Origin: an uncultured Armatimonadetes bacterium | GTDB taxonomy: Bacteria > Armatimonadota > UBA5829 > DTJY01 | Reading direction: 5' to 3' | Assembly: GCA_963717145.1 (NCBI GenBank) | Contig: OY970325.1 | Coordinates: 5,280,001-5,344,000 of the forward strand | DNA length: 64,000 nucleotides | Part shown: one piece after another, positions 37,645 through 47,580 of the stretch | How positions within the stretch are numbered: position 1 is the stretch's first letter | Layout: every line of letters starts with the position of its first letter | Translations under genes and position numbers: made by a program | Notes under the pieces: generated by a model | What the model saw: the letters and a program-made list of their open reading frames with translations, nothing else | Databases searched by the model: none | Told to the model about the DNA's origin: nothing

Positions 37645-40600
37645 TCTGCTGTTACCTCGACATCACACTCGGCATACGCGGAGAAGTCATTATCGGGTCC
37701 CGCGGTCACTCCGACCTTGTAGCTGCGTCCTCCGGTCATATTCGGCACTACGACTTTGAACTGCAGCTTGGCAGATGTCTTCGGTCCGGCAGACAGCTTG
37801 ACTGCATCGCTGATCAGGTTCCATCCCTGTGGGAGGTAGAAATGCAGATCCGTATCCACGGGAGTCGCGACCTTGTTCCTCAACACTATCTCGAAATCGA
37901 TCGCCTTGCCTGCGCCCGTTGTGATGCTTGTCGGACTTATGGACAGATCAAACGATTGGTCCGGCTCAACAGCTAGCGACCTCTGTTGGGTAGCCTCCTT
38001 GTTCCCCACGGTGTACACCGCTGTTCCCGTAAACCATGCGACATCTCGGTCCTTTCCATGCCCTATGTACAGCCTAACAGCGATATCTAACGATCTTCCC
38101 GGTGCAATGGTCGGCGCACTCTTGATGACCGGCAGCTCGGCTATCCGGACGTTGGAATCCGACACTATTCCCCAGATCTTCGGGAGAGCCAAATCCACTT
38201 GCGCGTTCACGAGGGGCGATTTGCCGGTGTTGACCAGTGAGCATCGCAAGGTGACCTCCTGACCAGTATAGAGGTCCCCCTCGATCCTCAGCTTCAATTG
38301 CCCCTGCTCGACGGTGACCGGGACCGCTTGCGCCGCGAGCTTCTGCGCCTCCGCGAGCGGCATGATCTCGAGAGTATGGAGATCGTGCGCCTCCAGAACG
38401 AGCTTCACCTCGACGCTCGGCATCGGCTTGTCCGCCTGCACGAGTATCCGCCCGGCCGCGAGGTCGATCAGGCAGCTTCCCTTGGCAAGCGGCTTCGGGA
38501 TCGCGACGGAAGCGTACTTCCGGCTGCCGGTGTCGTTCAAGACCGCGAGCCGGTCGCCGAACCACTTCACCCAGACATCCGGGTCCTCGGGCTTGCGGTA
38601 CTTCGCACCCGGAGCGGTGTTAATCACCTTCACGTCGCCCTCGAAGTCCTTCGGCTCGGCGTACGGCAGCGCCCGAAACGCCCGCGCAAATCGCCTGAGG
38701 TCGGTCTCATGCCCGATGCTCGCGCGCTCCCAGCCCATGAACGCCATCGTGTGGACGTTGGCCTTGCGGATGGAATATGTCGCCGGCTCGAAGTAGAATT
38801 GCCCCGGAGGAGCCGCCGTCGAGGTCCGCAGCGACGTGCCGTACTCGGGATCGGGGTGGGGGACTTCCTCCCAGTAGTTGTGGTAGAACTCGACCGACTG
38901 ACCGGCGGGCGTCTGATAGCACTCGGTGACGCCGTCCGCATAGTTGAACGCCTTGTGCGCCCAGGCGTTCGTTCCCTGTGGCGGACCCCACTTGCCGAAG
39001 TATCGGTCGCTCCCGATCATCATCCCGCGCTGGATGAGGATGCCCTCGTCCTGACGGAACATCTCCGGGTCGAAGCCGTGATGCCTCATCAGGTCGCGCG
39101 GAGACGTGCCATTCACCCACTCGATGTTGTAGCCGGGATACTCGCTCGGGAGGTCACATGCGATCACCAGGTTCATCTCGGGCCTGTATGAGCGCACGAT
39201 GTCCCGCGCCTCGAGCCAGAAGTCGTGCGTGCGCCTGCATCGCCAGTCGATCCACTTCTCCCATGCATTCGCCCGCAGCCAGTCGTACGCCTGGAGGTTC
39301 TCCGGGACCTTGACGCCTGCATCCTTCTCGAATTCGGCGATATCCCACTTGGAGTAGCCGGTATCCTGCCCGCACTTCGTCGCCTCGAAGCCGACGTAGC
39401 ACGTCCCCAGCTTGGCGTTCACGCGGAATCCGACGCCCGGCACGTTGGGGTACTTCGCCGCGCGCTCGGCGACCTCGCGGAGGCACTTGAACATCCACTC
39501 TTGGACCTCCGGCCTCAACGGGTCGAGCGCGAACTGGCCCATCGTGTTGGTGTACGTCTTGCCATCGCGGTCGAGTTGCAGAGAGAGCCGGGTGAAGCCG
39601 TTCTTGTCAGGCGTGAGCGGAATCCTGTCGATGTCGCCGCCGTAATCCGGCACGAATATCGGCGTCACGATCGGCACGACATCGATCCCCTGTTGGGACG
39701 CCAGCGGAAGCAGCTCCTCGAACAGGTTGGCGTCGAACGGCTTGTAGAGTTTCGAGTCGTACCAGGCGCGGCTCGCGGTGTCCGAGCCGTTGATGATGTG
39801 GAGTTGAAGCTCGTTAAAGCCGCAGAATCTCGCGTAATCGACGAACGACTTCAGCCCGCGCAGGCGGTTCTCCTTGCTCGTGGCCGGCGTTCCGTAGTGC
39901 GAGTACAAGAACCAGGGGTGGGGGACATAGAGCGCCAACCGCCGCTCCGACCCGGCCGTTCGGGAGGGAGTTGGACTCCCTCCCGCAGAACTCACCGGGG
40001 AGTTGAACTCCCGTCCCAGTCTTGCGGGAGGGAGTCCAACTCCCTCCCGAACGGCCGCCATGTTGCCGAGTGGGTCGATGACATCAAAGATCCAGATCCG
40101 AGCGACCGCCGCACCATTGTTCTCGCCGGGAGTCTCCTCGCTCGCCTGATGGGAGATCGTGACCTTGACCTCCGCCGCCTTCGGATAGTAGAGGAACATG
40201 TAGTTCAGCGACTTGCCGTCGGTCGGATACTCGCGCCCGGTGTAGAGTGTCCCGCCGACATCCGGGTTGTAGCAGTTGTCCTCCTGGCAGTCGACGGGGA
40301 TGATCTCCTCGCCGGTGTACGGAGCGGCCCACGGCTTGCCCTTGGGGACGGTCGTCGTGACCGTCGTGTATCGCTCGATGTCGTTGATCGTCTGGACGAC
40401 TATGAGGTGCGGTCGGCCCGGCTGGGGTCGCGTCTTGAGGAAGTAGGCGTACCACGAGAGGTCGCCGGATCCGGCGGTCAGGCGGTATGGCTGTCCACCA
40501 AGCTGGACCAGGCGCGACTTCCCGTCGTCGACGAAGCCGTGATCCGTCCGGGCGCAGTCGACGTAGTCCACCAACTCGCATCGGAGCATTCCGTGGAAGC

Positions 40601-40862
40601 CGTTCCTGCTCAGTATCTCGCTCAACGAACTCCTGGGCGAAGGCATCGGAACTCCGGCGACCGAGTCGGCGGGATAGTAGTAGACTCCGGCATCGTCGAT
40701 GGGCAGGTACTTCCGCCCTTCGAGGGCGATGCTGCCACCGTCCTTGGCCACGGTCGGCGTCTCCTTTCCGACCGCGCAGCACGCGACCGAGATCGAAACA
40801 GCGATGAAGAGCAGAGTCATCGCCCTTCGTTTGTGGGTAAAAGCCTTGTCAGTTGGTTTCAT
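37641..40862 (-). CDS. Large secreted putative glycoside hydrolase (GHL10-like barrel) with C-terminal NEW3/Ig-like domains
   Basis: Signal peptide, DYA..GFN, LDPLRPEVQ, GYS..D...F.KD.G, LP.GW Ig-like modules; in-frame 105-bp palindrome. Confidence 0.55.
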   Translation of the reverse strand: MKPTDKAFTHKRRAMTLLFIAVSISVACCAVGKETPTVAKDGGSIALEGRKYLPIDDAGVYYYPADSVAGVPMPSPRSSLSEILSRNGFHGMLRCELVDYVDCARTDHGFVDDGKSRLVQLGGQPYRLTAGSGDLSWYAYFLKTRPQPGRPHLIVVQTINDIERYTTVTTTVPKGKPWAAPYTGEEIIPVDCQEDNCYNPDVGGTLYTGREYPTDGKSLNYMFLYYPKAAEVKVTISHQASEETPGENNGAAVARIWIFDVIDPLGNMAAVREGVGLPPARLGREFNSPVSSAGGSPTPSRTAGSERRLALYVPHPWFLYSHYGTPATSKENRLRGLKSFVDYARFCGFNELQLHIINGSDTASRAWYDSKLYKPFDANLFEELLPLASQQGIDVVPIVTPIFVPDYGGDIDRIPLTPDKNGFTRLSLQLDRDGKTYTNTMGQFALDPLRPEVQEWMFKCLREVAERAAKYPNVPGVGFRVNAKLGTCYVGFEATKCGQDTGYSKWDIAEFEKDAGVKVPENLQAYDWLRANAWEKWIDWRCRRTHDFWLEARDIVRSYRPEMNLVIACDLPSEYPGYNIEWVNGTSPRDLMRHHGFDPEMFRQDEGILIQRGMMIGSDRYFGKWGPPQGTNAWAHKAFNYADGVTECYQTPAGQSVEFYHNYWEEVPHPDPEYGTSLRTSTAAPPGQFYFEPATYSIRKANVHTMAFMGWERASIGHETDLRRFARAFRALPYAEPKDFEGDVKVINTAPGAKYRKPEDPDVWVKWFGDRLAVLNDTGSRKYASVAIPKPLAKGSCLIDLAAGRILVQADKPMPSVEVKLVLEAHDLHTLEIMPLAEAQKLAAQAVPVTVEQGQLKLRIEGDLYTGQEVTLRCSLVNTGKSPLVNAQVDLALPKIWGIVSDSNVRIAELPVIKSAPTIAPGRSLDIAVRLYIGHGKDRDVAWFTGTAVYTVGNKEATQQRSLAVEPDQSFDLSISPTSITTGAGKAIDFEIVLRNKVATPVDTDLHFYLPQGWNLISDAVKLSAGPKTSAKLQFKVVVPNMTGGRSYKVGVTAGPDNDFSAYAECDVEVTAE
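39953..40057. repeat. Composite palindrome (35-bp perfect arms, each self-palindromic) in frame in a CDS
   Basis: CGGCCGTTCGGGAGGGAGTTGGACTCCCTCCCGCA and exact reverse complement; relatives at 42420, 45331, 46613. Confidence 0.9.
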
Positions 40863-40869
40863 GTTCTCA

Positions 40870-40955
40870 CTTTGGAGTGCGGAAGCGAAGTCTGCGGAGC
40901 TTCCGCTTTGGGTCTAGAGCGGAAGCTCCGCAGACTCCGCTTCCGCACTCCAAAG
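40870..40955. repeat. GGAGTGCGG-family palindrome
   Basis: ~40-bp near-perfect inverted arms. Confidence 0.85.
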
Positions 40956-40999
40956 CATGTTACCACCAGAGCCGCACGGGGTCAAGACAGCCGCTTGCC

Positions 41000-41028
41000 T
41001 TGACACGTGATTGCTCGGCAACTATAAT
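41000..41028 (+). promoter_or_regulatory. Consensus sigma70 promoter
   Basis: TTGACA-17-TATAAT. Confidence 0.85.
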
Positions 41029-41066
41029 TCTCGATGTTTGTGCGGTTTCTCAGGGAGGGCTAACCA

Positions 41067-42413
41067 GTGCAGCAGATCGATCCAAGCATCTTCAAAGCAT
41101 ACGATATCCGCGGGACCTATCCCGATCAGTTCAATGAGGACGTGGCGTACCGAATCGCGCGCGCCTATGCCCAGAAACTCAAGCCGAAGCTTGTGGTCGT
41201 TGGCAGAGACATGCGCACCAGCGGCCTCAGCATCACCGAAGACGTCATTCGCGGCTTGATGGAGCAGGGGTGCGACGTCGTCGATATCGGCATGACGAGC
41301 ACGCCGATGTTCTATCACTCGGTCAATGCGCTGAGCGGCGACGCGGGCGTAATGATTACCGCCTCCCACAACCCGGAGGGCTACAACGGCTTCAAGATGA
41401 CCGGCCCGCAGGCGATCCCTAGCATCGCATATGTCAGCAACGACGAGTTGTATGCGCTCGCGAACGCCGGGGTGTTCGAGTCCGTCGAGAAGCAGGGCGA
41501 GTTCAAAGGGCAGGTCTCGACTCTCGACGGCTACGTGGAGGCGATCTTCAAGGCGAGCGGCGTCAAGGATTTCGGCGGCCTGAAGATCGTCATCGACGCG
41601 GCGAACGGCATGGACGGCATGATCCTGCCCCATCTGCTCGCCAAAGCCAACTGCACGGTGTATCCGCTTTACTGGGAGGTCGATGGCACCTTCCCGAACC
41701 ACGAGGCGAATCCCCTCAAGGACGAGACCCTTGATGCTCTCAAGGCGAAGGTGATCGCGGAGGGAGCGGACCTCGGAGTCGCGTATGACGGAGACGGCGA
41801 TCGGGTCGGATTCGTCGACGACAAGGGCAACACCGTCCAGGGCGATATCATCACCGCGTTGATCGCGAAGGAGATGCTCAAAGAGAAGCCCGGCGCGAAG
41901 ATCATATACGACCTCCGAAGCAGTTGGGCCGTCAAGGAAGAGATCGAGAAGGCCGGCGGAATCCCCGTCATGTACAAGGTCGGACACGGCCTGATCAAGC
42001 GTTACATGCGCGAGATCGGCGCGTACTTCGCAGGCGAGCTGTCGAGCCACTACTACTTCTCGAACTTCTACATAACCGACAACGGCGACCTTGCCATGCT
42101 GAAGGTCATCCAGCTTCTGGTGGACGAGAAGCAGCCGCTCTCGGCGCTTGCGGGTCCGATCATGCGGTACCATCACAGCCCGGAGATCAACTCCAAGGTT
42201 GCGGATGTGAACGCCAAGCTTGCGGAGATCAAGGATCTCTACAAGGATGGCTGTCAGTTCGAGCTTGACGGCCTGACCGTGGAGTTCGACGACTGGTGGT
42301 TCAACCTGCGCCCGAGCCAGACCGAGCCGCTCCTCCGACTGAACGTCGAGGCGAAGACCGCCGAAGCGCTGAAGGCGAGGACACAGGAACTGCTGAAGAT
42401 CATACGGGAGTGA
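41067..42413 (+). CDS. manB: Phosphomannomutase/phosphoglucomutase
   Basis: FKAYDIRG, TASHNP, DGDGDR, GELSSH. Confidence 0.9.
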   Translation: MQQIDPSIFKAYDIRGTYPDQFNEDVAYRIARAYAQKLKPKLVVVGRDMRTSGLSITEDVIRGLMEQGCDVVDIGMTSTPMFYHSVNALSGDAGVMITASHNPEGYNGFKMTGPQAIPSIAYVSNDELYALANAGVFESVEKQGEFKGQVSTLDGYVEAIFKASGVKDFGGLKIVIDAANGMDGMILPHLLAKANCTVYPLYWEVDGTFPNHEANPLKDETLDALKAKVIAEGADLGVAYDGDGDRVGFVDDKGNTVQGDIITALIAKEMLKEKPGAKIIYDLRSSWAVKEEIEKAGGIPVMYKVGHGLIKRYMREIGAYFAGELSSHYYFSNFYITDNGDLAMLKVIQLLVDEKQPLSALAGPIMRYHHSPEINSKVADVNAKLAEIKDLYKDGCQFELDGLTVEFDDWWFNLRPSQTEPLLRLNVEAKTAEALKARTQELLKIIRE

Positions 42414-42419
42414 CCACGC

Positions 42420-42476
42420 GTGCGGGAGGGAGTTGTACTCCCTCCCGCAGGACGCATGGGGAGTTCAACTCCCCCG
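42420..42476. repeat. Partial GGGAGGGAGT..ACTCCCTCCC composite element
   Basis: One arm plus central GGGGAGTTCAACTCCCC. Confidence 0.75.
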
Positions 42477-42539
42477 CGCTGCGGCGTGCCGGAGTGCAAC
42501 TCCGGCACGAACGACTGGTACCTGATTGGAAGTGTGCCC

Positions 42540-43820
42540 ATGCTTGACCCGAAGATCATCCGAGCGAATCCTGACCTGATACGTCAGAGTCTGAAGAACA
42601 GGAACAACGACGAGGCGGTCCTCGATCAGTTCCTCGAGGCCGACGAGTCGAGGCGCAAGGTCCTCACTGAGGCCGAGTCGCTCAAGGCACAGCGCAACAC
42701 GGTCTCCGAGCAGATCAGCCAGATGAAACGCGCCGGTCAGGATGCGTCCGCCGAGATCGCTCGGATGCGTGAGGTCTCTGATCGCATCAAGGAACTCGAC
42801 GCCCAGGTCCGGGAGTTCGATGAGCGGGTCGAAGCTGCCGCGATGGTGATCCCGAATCCGCCCCACGAGAGCGTCCCGATCGGTAAGGACGACAGCGACA
42901 ACCCGATCATTCGAAACTGGGGCGAGCCTCGGAAGTTCGACTTCACGCCCATCCCCCACTGGGATATCGTCGCCGGACTCGGGATGGTCGATTTCGAGCG
43001 TGGGGCGCGGCTTGCGGGGAGCGGGTTCATCCTCTACACCGGGTGGGGCGCCCGGCTCGAGCGGGCGCTGATCAACTTCATGATCGACATGCACGTCAAT
43101 AAGCATGGCTACCGGGAAGTCACTACGCCGTTCGTCGCCAATCGTCCGACCATGACCGGCACAGGGCAGCTCCCGAAGTTCGAGTTCGACATGTATCGCC
43201 TGCCGGACGACGACCTCTTCCTGATCCCGACCTCCGAGGTGACGATCACCAATATCTTCCAGGGCGAAATCCTCGACGCCGACAAGCTGCCGATGTACAT
43301 GACCGGTTACAGCCCGTGCTTCCGCCGTGAAGCAGGGGCCGCTGGGAAGGACACTCGCGGGCTGCTGAGGGTCCATCAGTTCGACAAGGTCGAGATGGTC
43401 AAGATCGTGCGGCCCGAGACATCGTTCGACGAATTGGAGAAGCTTACGAACAACGCCGAGGAAGTCCTGCAGACGCTCGGACTGCCTTACCGTGTCAAGC
43501 TGCTCTGCACCGGCGATATGGGATTTGGTTCCGCCAAGACCTACGACCTCGAGGCATGGGCGCCCGGCGTCGAGCAGTGGCTCGAGGTGTCGTCGTGCAG
43601 CAACTGCGTCGACTTCCAGGCGCGTCGCATGAACACCCGGTTCCGACCGGAAGCCGGCGCGAAGCCGGAGTTCGTTCACACACTGAATGGGTCGGGGGTC
43701 GCACTGCCCAGGACTGTCATCTCAATCCTGGAGAACTACCAGCGGGAGGACGGCTCAGTCGTCATCCCCGAGGCGCTTCGCCCATACATGGGCGGCCTCG
43801 AGGTCATCCAGCCTGAGTGA
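42540..43820 (+). CDS. serS: Serine--tRNA ligase
   Basis: [49 protein letters not shown]. Confidence 0.97.
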   Translation: MLDPKIIRANPDLIRQSLKNRNNDEAVLDQFLEADESRRKVLTEAESLKAQRNTVSEQISQMKRAGQDASAEIARMREVSDRIKELDAQVREFDERVEAAAMVIPNPPHESVPIGKDDSDNPIIRNWGEPRKFDFTPIPHWDIVAGLGMVDFERGARLAGSGFILYTGWGARLERALINFMIDMHVNKHGYREVTTPFVANRPTMTGTGQLPKFEFDMYRLPDDDLFLIPTSEVTITNIFQGEILDADKLPMYMTGYSPCFRREAGAAGKDTRGLLRVHQFDKVEMVKIVRPETSFDELEKLTNNAEEVLQTLGLPYRVKLLCTGDMGFGSAKTYDLEAWAPGVEQWLEVSSCSNCVDFQARRMNTRFRPEAGAKPEFVHTLNGSGVALPRTVISILENYQREDGSVVIPEALRPYMGGLEVIQPE

Positions 43821-43902
43821 TCCTCGGAGTGCGGTGGCTTGACACCGCTTTCGATGGTGGAGCGAAGACCCAAAGCGGCGTCAAGCCACCGCACTCCGAG
43901 GA
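43821..43902. repeat. GGAGTGCGG-family palindrome; right end overlaps the lemA RBS
   Basis: 31-bp arms with one mismatch. Confidence 0.85.
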
Positions 43903-43910
43903 GGTGCTCC

Positions 43911-44438
43911 ATGATCTACCTGACGCTGCTTCTTCCCGTGATCGTCGCCATCGCAGTCCTCGGGTTCACACGCCTTACAGACGCCAGAAACCGGGTGGAT
44001 GAGCTTCTATCCGAGGTGAACGTGTACCTGGGCAACCGGCACGATCTGATTCCACCGCTGGTCGAGAGGGCGCGGGAGTATGCCGACGAAGAGCCCCCCG
44101 TCTTCCATGCGCTCGGTCAGATTCGCACGCATTGCATGAGCGTTGGTGGACTTCAGGAGAAGGCCGATGCGGAAACCGCCCTGACAGGTCATCTCAAGCA
44201 GTTTCTTTCCCTGGCAGGTTGTGCGCCGCCGTTAGTGCAGGACACCCACTTCGCCGAGAATCTCGAACGTCTGAGGAAGACTGAGAAACAGATCGCGCAC
44301 ACGGTCGGCGAGTACAACGCAGCGGTTCGGAAGTACAATACCATGCTCGAGACAGGCACGACCGGCATGGTCTCCGGCCTTCTCAGCTTCCGTCCCGAAT
44401 CGCTCTTTGAGGTGAAGCTCGTCACCACAGAGAGTTGA
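43911..44438 (+). CDS. lemA: LemA family protein
   Basis: N-terminal TM helix, RN.V..V.V.L..R.DLIP.LV, E..IA..YN.AV..YN; divergent. Confidence 0.75.
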   Translation: MIYLTLLLPVIVAIAVLGFTRLTDARNRVDELLSEVNVYLGNRHDLIPPLVERAREYADEEPPVFHALGQIRTHCMSVGGLQEKADAETALTGHLKQFLSLAGCAPPLVQDTHFAENLERLRKTEKQIAHTVGEYNAAVRKYNTMLETGTTGMVSGLLSFRPESLFEVKLVTTES

Positions 44439-44451
44439 GTGCTCAGGCAGC

Positions 44452-45288
44452 CTACGGGCCGGGGCCTCTGACCGGGGTGAGCTTCAGATCCGTACCCCCA
44501 TTACCGAACTGCTGGAGTTTCATCGCTTCCTTCATCACGACGATGATGCTCACGCGCCGGTTCGAGAAGTGAGTCGGGTCCTTCGGATTGCGAGGTTGAG
44601 TCGCCGCATAACCTCTCACCTGCGCGATCTGTGTCGTCTGCATGCCGGAGAACTCCATCACCTGGCGCGCCGCGTTCGCACGGTCCGCCGAAAGCTCCCA
44701 GTTCGTGTAGCCGTCATCCCGCGCGAGCGGTCGGGAGTCGGTGTGGCCCTCGATAATCACCTTGTTCGGCAGCTTCTTCAGCTCTCTGGTGATGAGCGCC
44801 AGGAGATGCCAGGTGCTCGGCTTGATCTTGGCGCTCGCGCTGTCGAAGAAGAGCGACTCCTTGTTCTCCAGCAGGTCGATCCTGAGTCCTTCGTTCACGA
44901 GTTGGATATCGACGTGCTGCTTGATGTTCTGGAACTCAGGGGCCTTTGCGACCTGCTTCTCGATGCGTTCCTTTGCCTCCTTGAGTCTCTTCCTCTCCGC
45001 GAGTTCGGGCTTGCTGCTCTTCTCGGGAAGAATCGTCTTGGAGGACTCGGAGACCTGGAACGGCGCACCACCCGCGGCCACGGCCTTGTTGAATGCGATG
45101 GGGTCCTTGAAGTATGAGGCGACGGCTTCCTTGATGGTCGGGCTCATGCCGGTGACCCACATGACGAGGAAAAAGGCCATCATCGCCGTCACGAAGTCGG
45201 CGTAGGCGACTTTCCACGCCCCGCCATGGTGACCGGCGTGGTTCGGCCTCTTCTTGACTATGCGGATCTCGCCTTCCTGGCTTCCCAC
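44452..45288 (-). CDS. motB: Flagellar stator MotB
   Basis: HHGGAWKVAYADFVTAMMAFF, IEGHTD, NWELSADRA, NRRV. Confidence 0.92.
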   Translation of the reverse strand: MGSQEGEIRIVKKRPNHAGHHGGAWKVAYADFVTAMMAFFLVMWVTGMSPTIKEAVASYFKDPIAFNKAVAAGGAPFQVSESSKTILPEKSSKPELAERKRLKEAKERIEKQVAKAPEFQNIKQHVDIQLVNEGLRIDLLENKESLFFDSASAKIKPSTWHLLALITRELKKLPNKVIIEGHTDSRPLARDDGYTNWELSADRANAARQVMEFSGMQTTQIAQVRGYAATQPRNPKDPTHFSNRRVSIIVVMKEAMKLQQFGNGGTDLKLTPVRGPGP

Positions 45289-45330
45289 GATGTGGATTCC
45301 TTTCCACTCTTTGTGTTGCCGGGGAACACG

Positions 45331-45480
45331 TTCGTTCGGGCAGGAGTTGTACTCCTGCCCGCGCCACTTCCGGAGGGAGTTCAACTCCCCGGCTAGTCCT
45401 GCGGGCAGGAGTACAACTCCTGCCCGAACGAAGGTATTGGAAAGCGGAAGGTCCGCAGACTGCGCTCCCGCACTCCAAAG
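45331..45480. repeat. Composite palindrome (32-bp perfect arms, 45331-45432) plus one GGAGTGCGG arm between motA and motB
   Basis: 45331-45362 is the reverse complement of 45401-45432. Confidence 0.85.
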
Positions 45481-46387
45481 CTATGCCGCCTTTGGAAGCT
45501 CGACTACCTCACCGCCGCCGGAGGACGACTTGCCTGTGCGTCCCTTGCACGTGTCCTCGACCTCCTTGAAGCTCGGGCGTCTCTCCGGCTCGATGTTCCT
45601 GCGCGCGAATTCCACGCAGATCAGCGGAGAATCCCCACGCGCGAAGGCGACCACCCCGTTCTTGATGCAGTTCAGGTACTGACCTTCGGACTTCGCGATG
45701 GCCTCCGTCGCCTTCGATATCGGGCCGAATACGCCGTAGGAAAGCAGAACGCCAATGAATGTACCAACGAGTGCCGCTCCGACCTTCTCGCCTATCTGCT
45801 CAGGTGGGCCGCCGATCGCCTGCATGGTGATGACGACGCCCAGGACCGCCGCCACGATGCCGAATCCGGGCATCGCGTCAGCCGACGGTGCTGAAGACCT
45901 GTGACATCTTCATTGCCTCCTCGTGCTGGGTCTCCAGATCGAGGTCCATCAGGTCGGAGAGGTCGTACATGTTGACACCGCCCATGATGACGACTTTCAT
46001 CGTGTCCGAGAAGAACTCGATCGCGTGGTGATTCTTCATGAACGACGGATAGTTCTGCAGGATATCGGAGTGCTCAGGGTTCTCAACGTGCTTTTCCAGG
46101 GCGATCAGTCCCTCCCGGCGGCCGAGTTGGAACACCTGATACATCGCCTGAAGCAGTTCCATATATGCGGACTTCTTGTAGGGATTGCCCTTGAGGAGAC
46201 CGATCACCGCCGTCAGCATGCCGACAGCGGCCTTCGGGGAGTAGCCGATGATGACGCTGGCCAGCCCGTCGCCGCCGATGATGATGAACTCGTTGATCTG
46301 CATAAGGGCCGCGACTTTGCCGCCATGCATAGTATAGCCGATGAGCAGGCTGGCAAAGAGTGCGACTATGCCTACCAGAAGAAACAT
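45481..46387 (-). CDS. motA: Flagellar stator MotA; frameshift near 45882
   Basis: EFIIIGG, RREGLIALEKHVENP, PGFGIVAAVLGVV, ALVGTF.G, EFARR over two frames. Confidence 0.9.
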
Positions 46388-46612
46388 ATATAATACTCCC
46401 CGGTTCCGAAGGCCACGCGATCGCGAAATCCGCCCTGGGATGATCCGGCCCATGCCCATCATAAGAAAGGCATGGGTGTCCGGCAAGGCGGAAAGGACAT
46501 GCCACGCAAAGGGAATATTCCATCAACGAGCGTGAAACCCGGTATACTTTTTGGGTTGCGAGGCCCTCCAGATGCTTCGGTAGCAGAACGAAGTGGCGCT
46601 GCCGAAGCATCG

Positions 46613-46673
46613 AACACGGCGAACCATGTTGGGGAGGGAGTCCAACTCCCTCCCCAACATGGTTCGCCGTGTT
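46613..46673. repeat. Perfect 29-bp hairpin with 3-nt loop
   Basis: AACACGGCGAACCATGTTGGGGAGGGAGT-CCA-reverse complement; abuts the cdsA -35 box. Confidence 0.9.
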
Positions 46674-46700
46674 GCCGCTTGATCTGCCTCATGGTATAAT
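46672..46700 (+). promoter_or_regulatory. Sigma70 promoter of cdsA
   Basis: TTGCCG-17-TATAAT with extended TG. Confidence 0.65.
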
Positions 46701-46738
46701 GACCGCACACTTCCGACGCTTGGACTGAGGTTGACTGC

Positions 46739-47578
46739 ATGATCGCCAGGATAATCAGTGGCTTAGTGGGCATCCCATTGCTCGTGCTGCTCGTGTTTAC
46801 GGAGAAAGGTCTCCCGTTCATCCTGGGCGTGGGCGTCATCTCGATCGTCGGCGTCCTCGAGTTCTACCACGGCATCAGGAAGACCGGCGCTCGCCCCCAG
46901 GTCTGGCTCGGTCTGACATGTGCATTTCTCTTCCTATTCGCCGCGCGCCAGGGACTGAAGTCGCTCGAATTCGAACTCCCTGCGGTCATCACACTCCTCG
47001 TGATCGCGAGCCTGTCCATCGAGCTGATCCGCCCGGACCGAGCGCCGATCAAGAACCTCGGTGCGACATTTCTGGGCGCGGTGTACGTCGGATGGCTGTT
47101 CAGCTATCTCGTAGCCCTGAGGAGCCTGACGGGGAATGACGTACACGTGGCCTTGTTCAATCGCGATCTGCAGTTGGGCGCATGGCTCGTTCTCTACGTC
47201 GTCTTCACAGCGTGGGCGGCCGATACGGGTGGATACTTCGTCGGGCGGAAGTTCGGGCGGCATAGGTTCGCGCCGGTATTGAGTCCTGGCAAGAGCTGGG
47301 AAGGTCTGATTGCGGCCGTAGTCGCCTCTTCGCTGATGAGCGCGCTGATGGGCGGGCTGATCGGTTGGCCGTGGTGGCAGACGATCCCGGTCGGCATCGG
47401 GATCGCTCTCGTGAGTGTTGTCGGCGACCTGGCGGAATCGGCGATGAAGCGCGACATCGGGATCAAGGACTTCGGCACGGTGCTTCCCGGCCACGGAGGC
47501 ATCCTCGACCGCTTCGACGGCCTCCTCTTCGCCGCGCCGCTCTTCTACTACTACGTGATCACGTTCCTCATGCGCTGA
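46739..47578 (+). CDS. cdsA: Phosphatidate cytidylyltransferase
   Basis: DTGGYFVG..FG, SPGKSWEG, GDLAES..KR..GIKD.G..LPGHGGILDRFD. Confidence 0.95.
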   Translation: MIARIISGLVGIPLLVLLVFTEKGLPFILGVGVISIVGVLEFYHGIRKTGARPQVWLGLTCAFLFLFAARQGLKSLEFELPAVITLLVIASLSIELIRPDRAPIKNLGATFLGAVYVGWLFSYLVALRSLTGNDVHVALFNRDLQLGAWLVLYVVFTAWAADTGGYFVGRKFGRHRFAPVLSPGKSWEGLIAAVVASSLMSALMGGLIGWPWWQTIPVGIGIALVSVVGDLAESAMKRDIGIKDFGTVLPGHGGILDRFDGLLFAAPLFYYYVITFLMR

Positions 47579-47580
47579 AC

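Noticed and set aside
42420-42539. T-box leader or N-terminal extension of serS
   Set aside because: The sequence is a palindromic repeat-family copy; no T-box AAUUAGGGUGGUACCGCG-like motif; the real start is ATG 42540
44452-46387. Zorya ZorAB defence system
   Set aside because: Canonical flagellar MotA/MotB motifs and lengths, no long ZorA tail, no zorC/D/E
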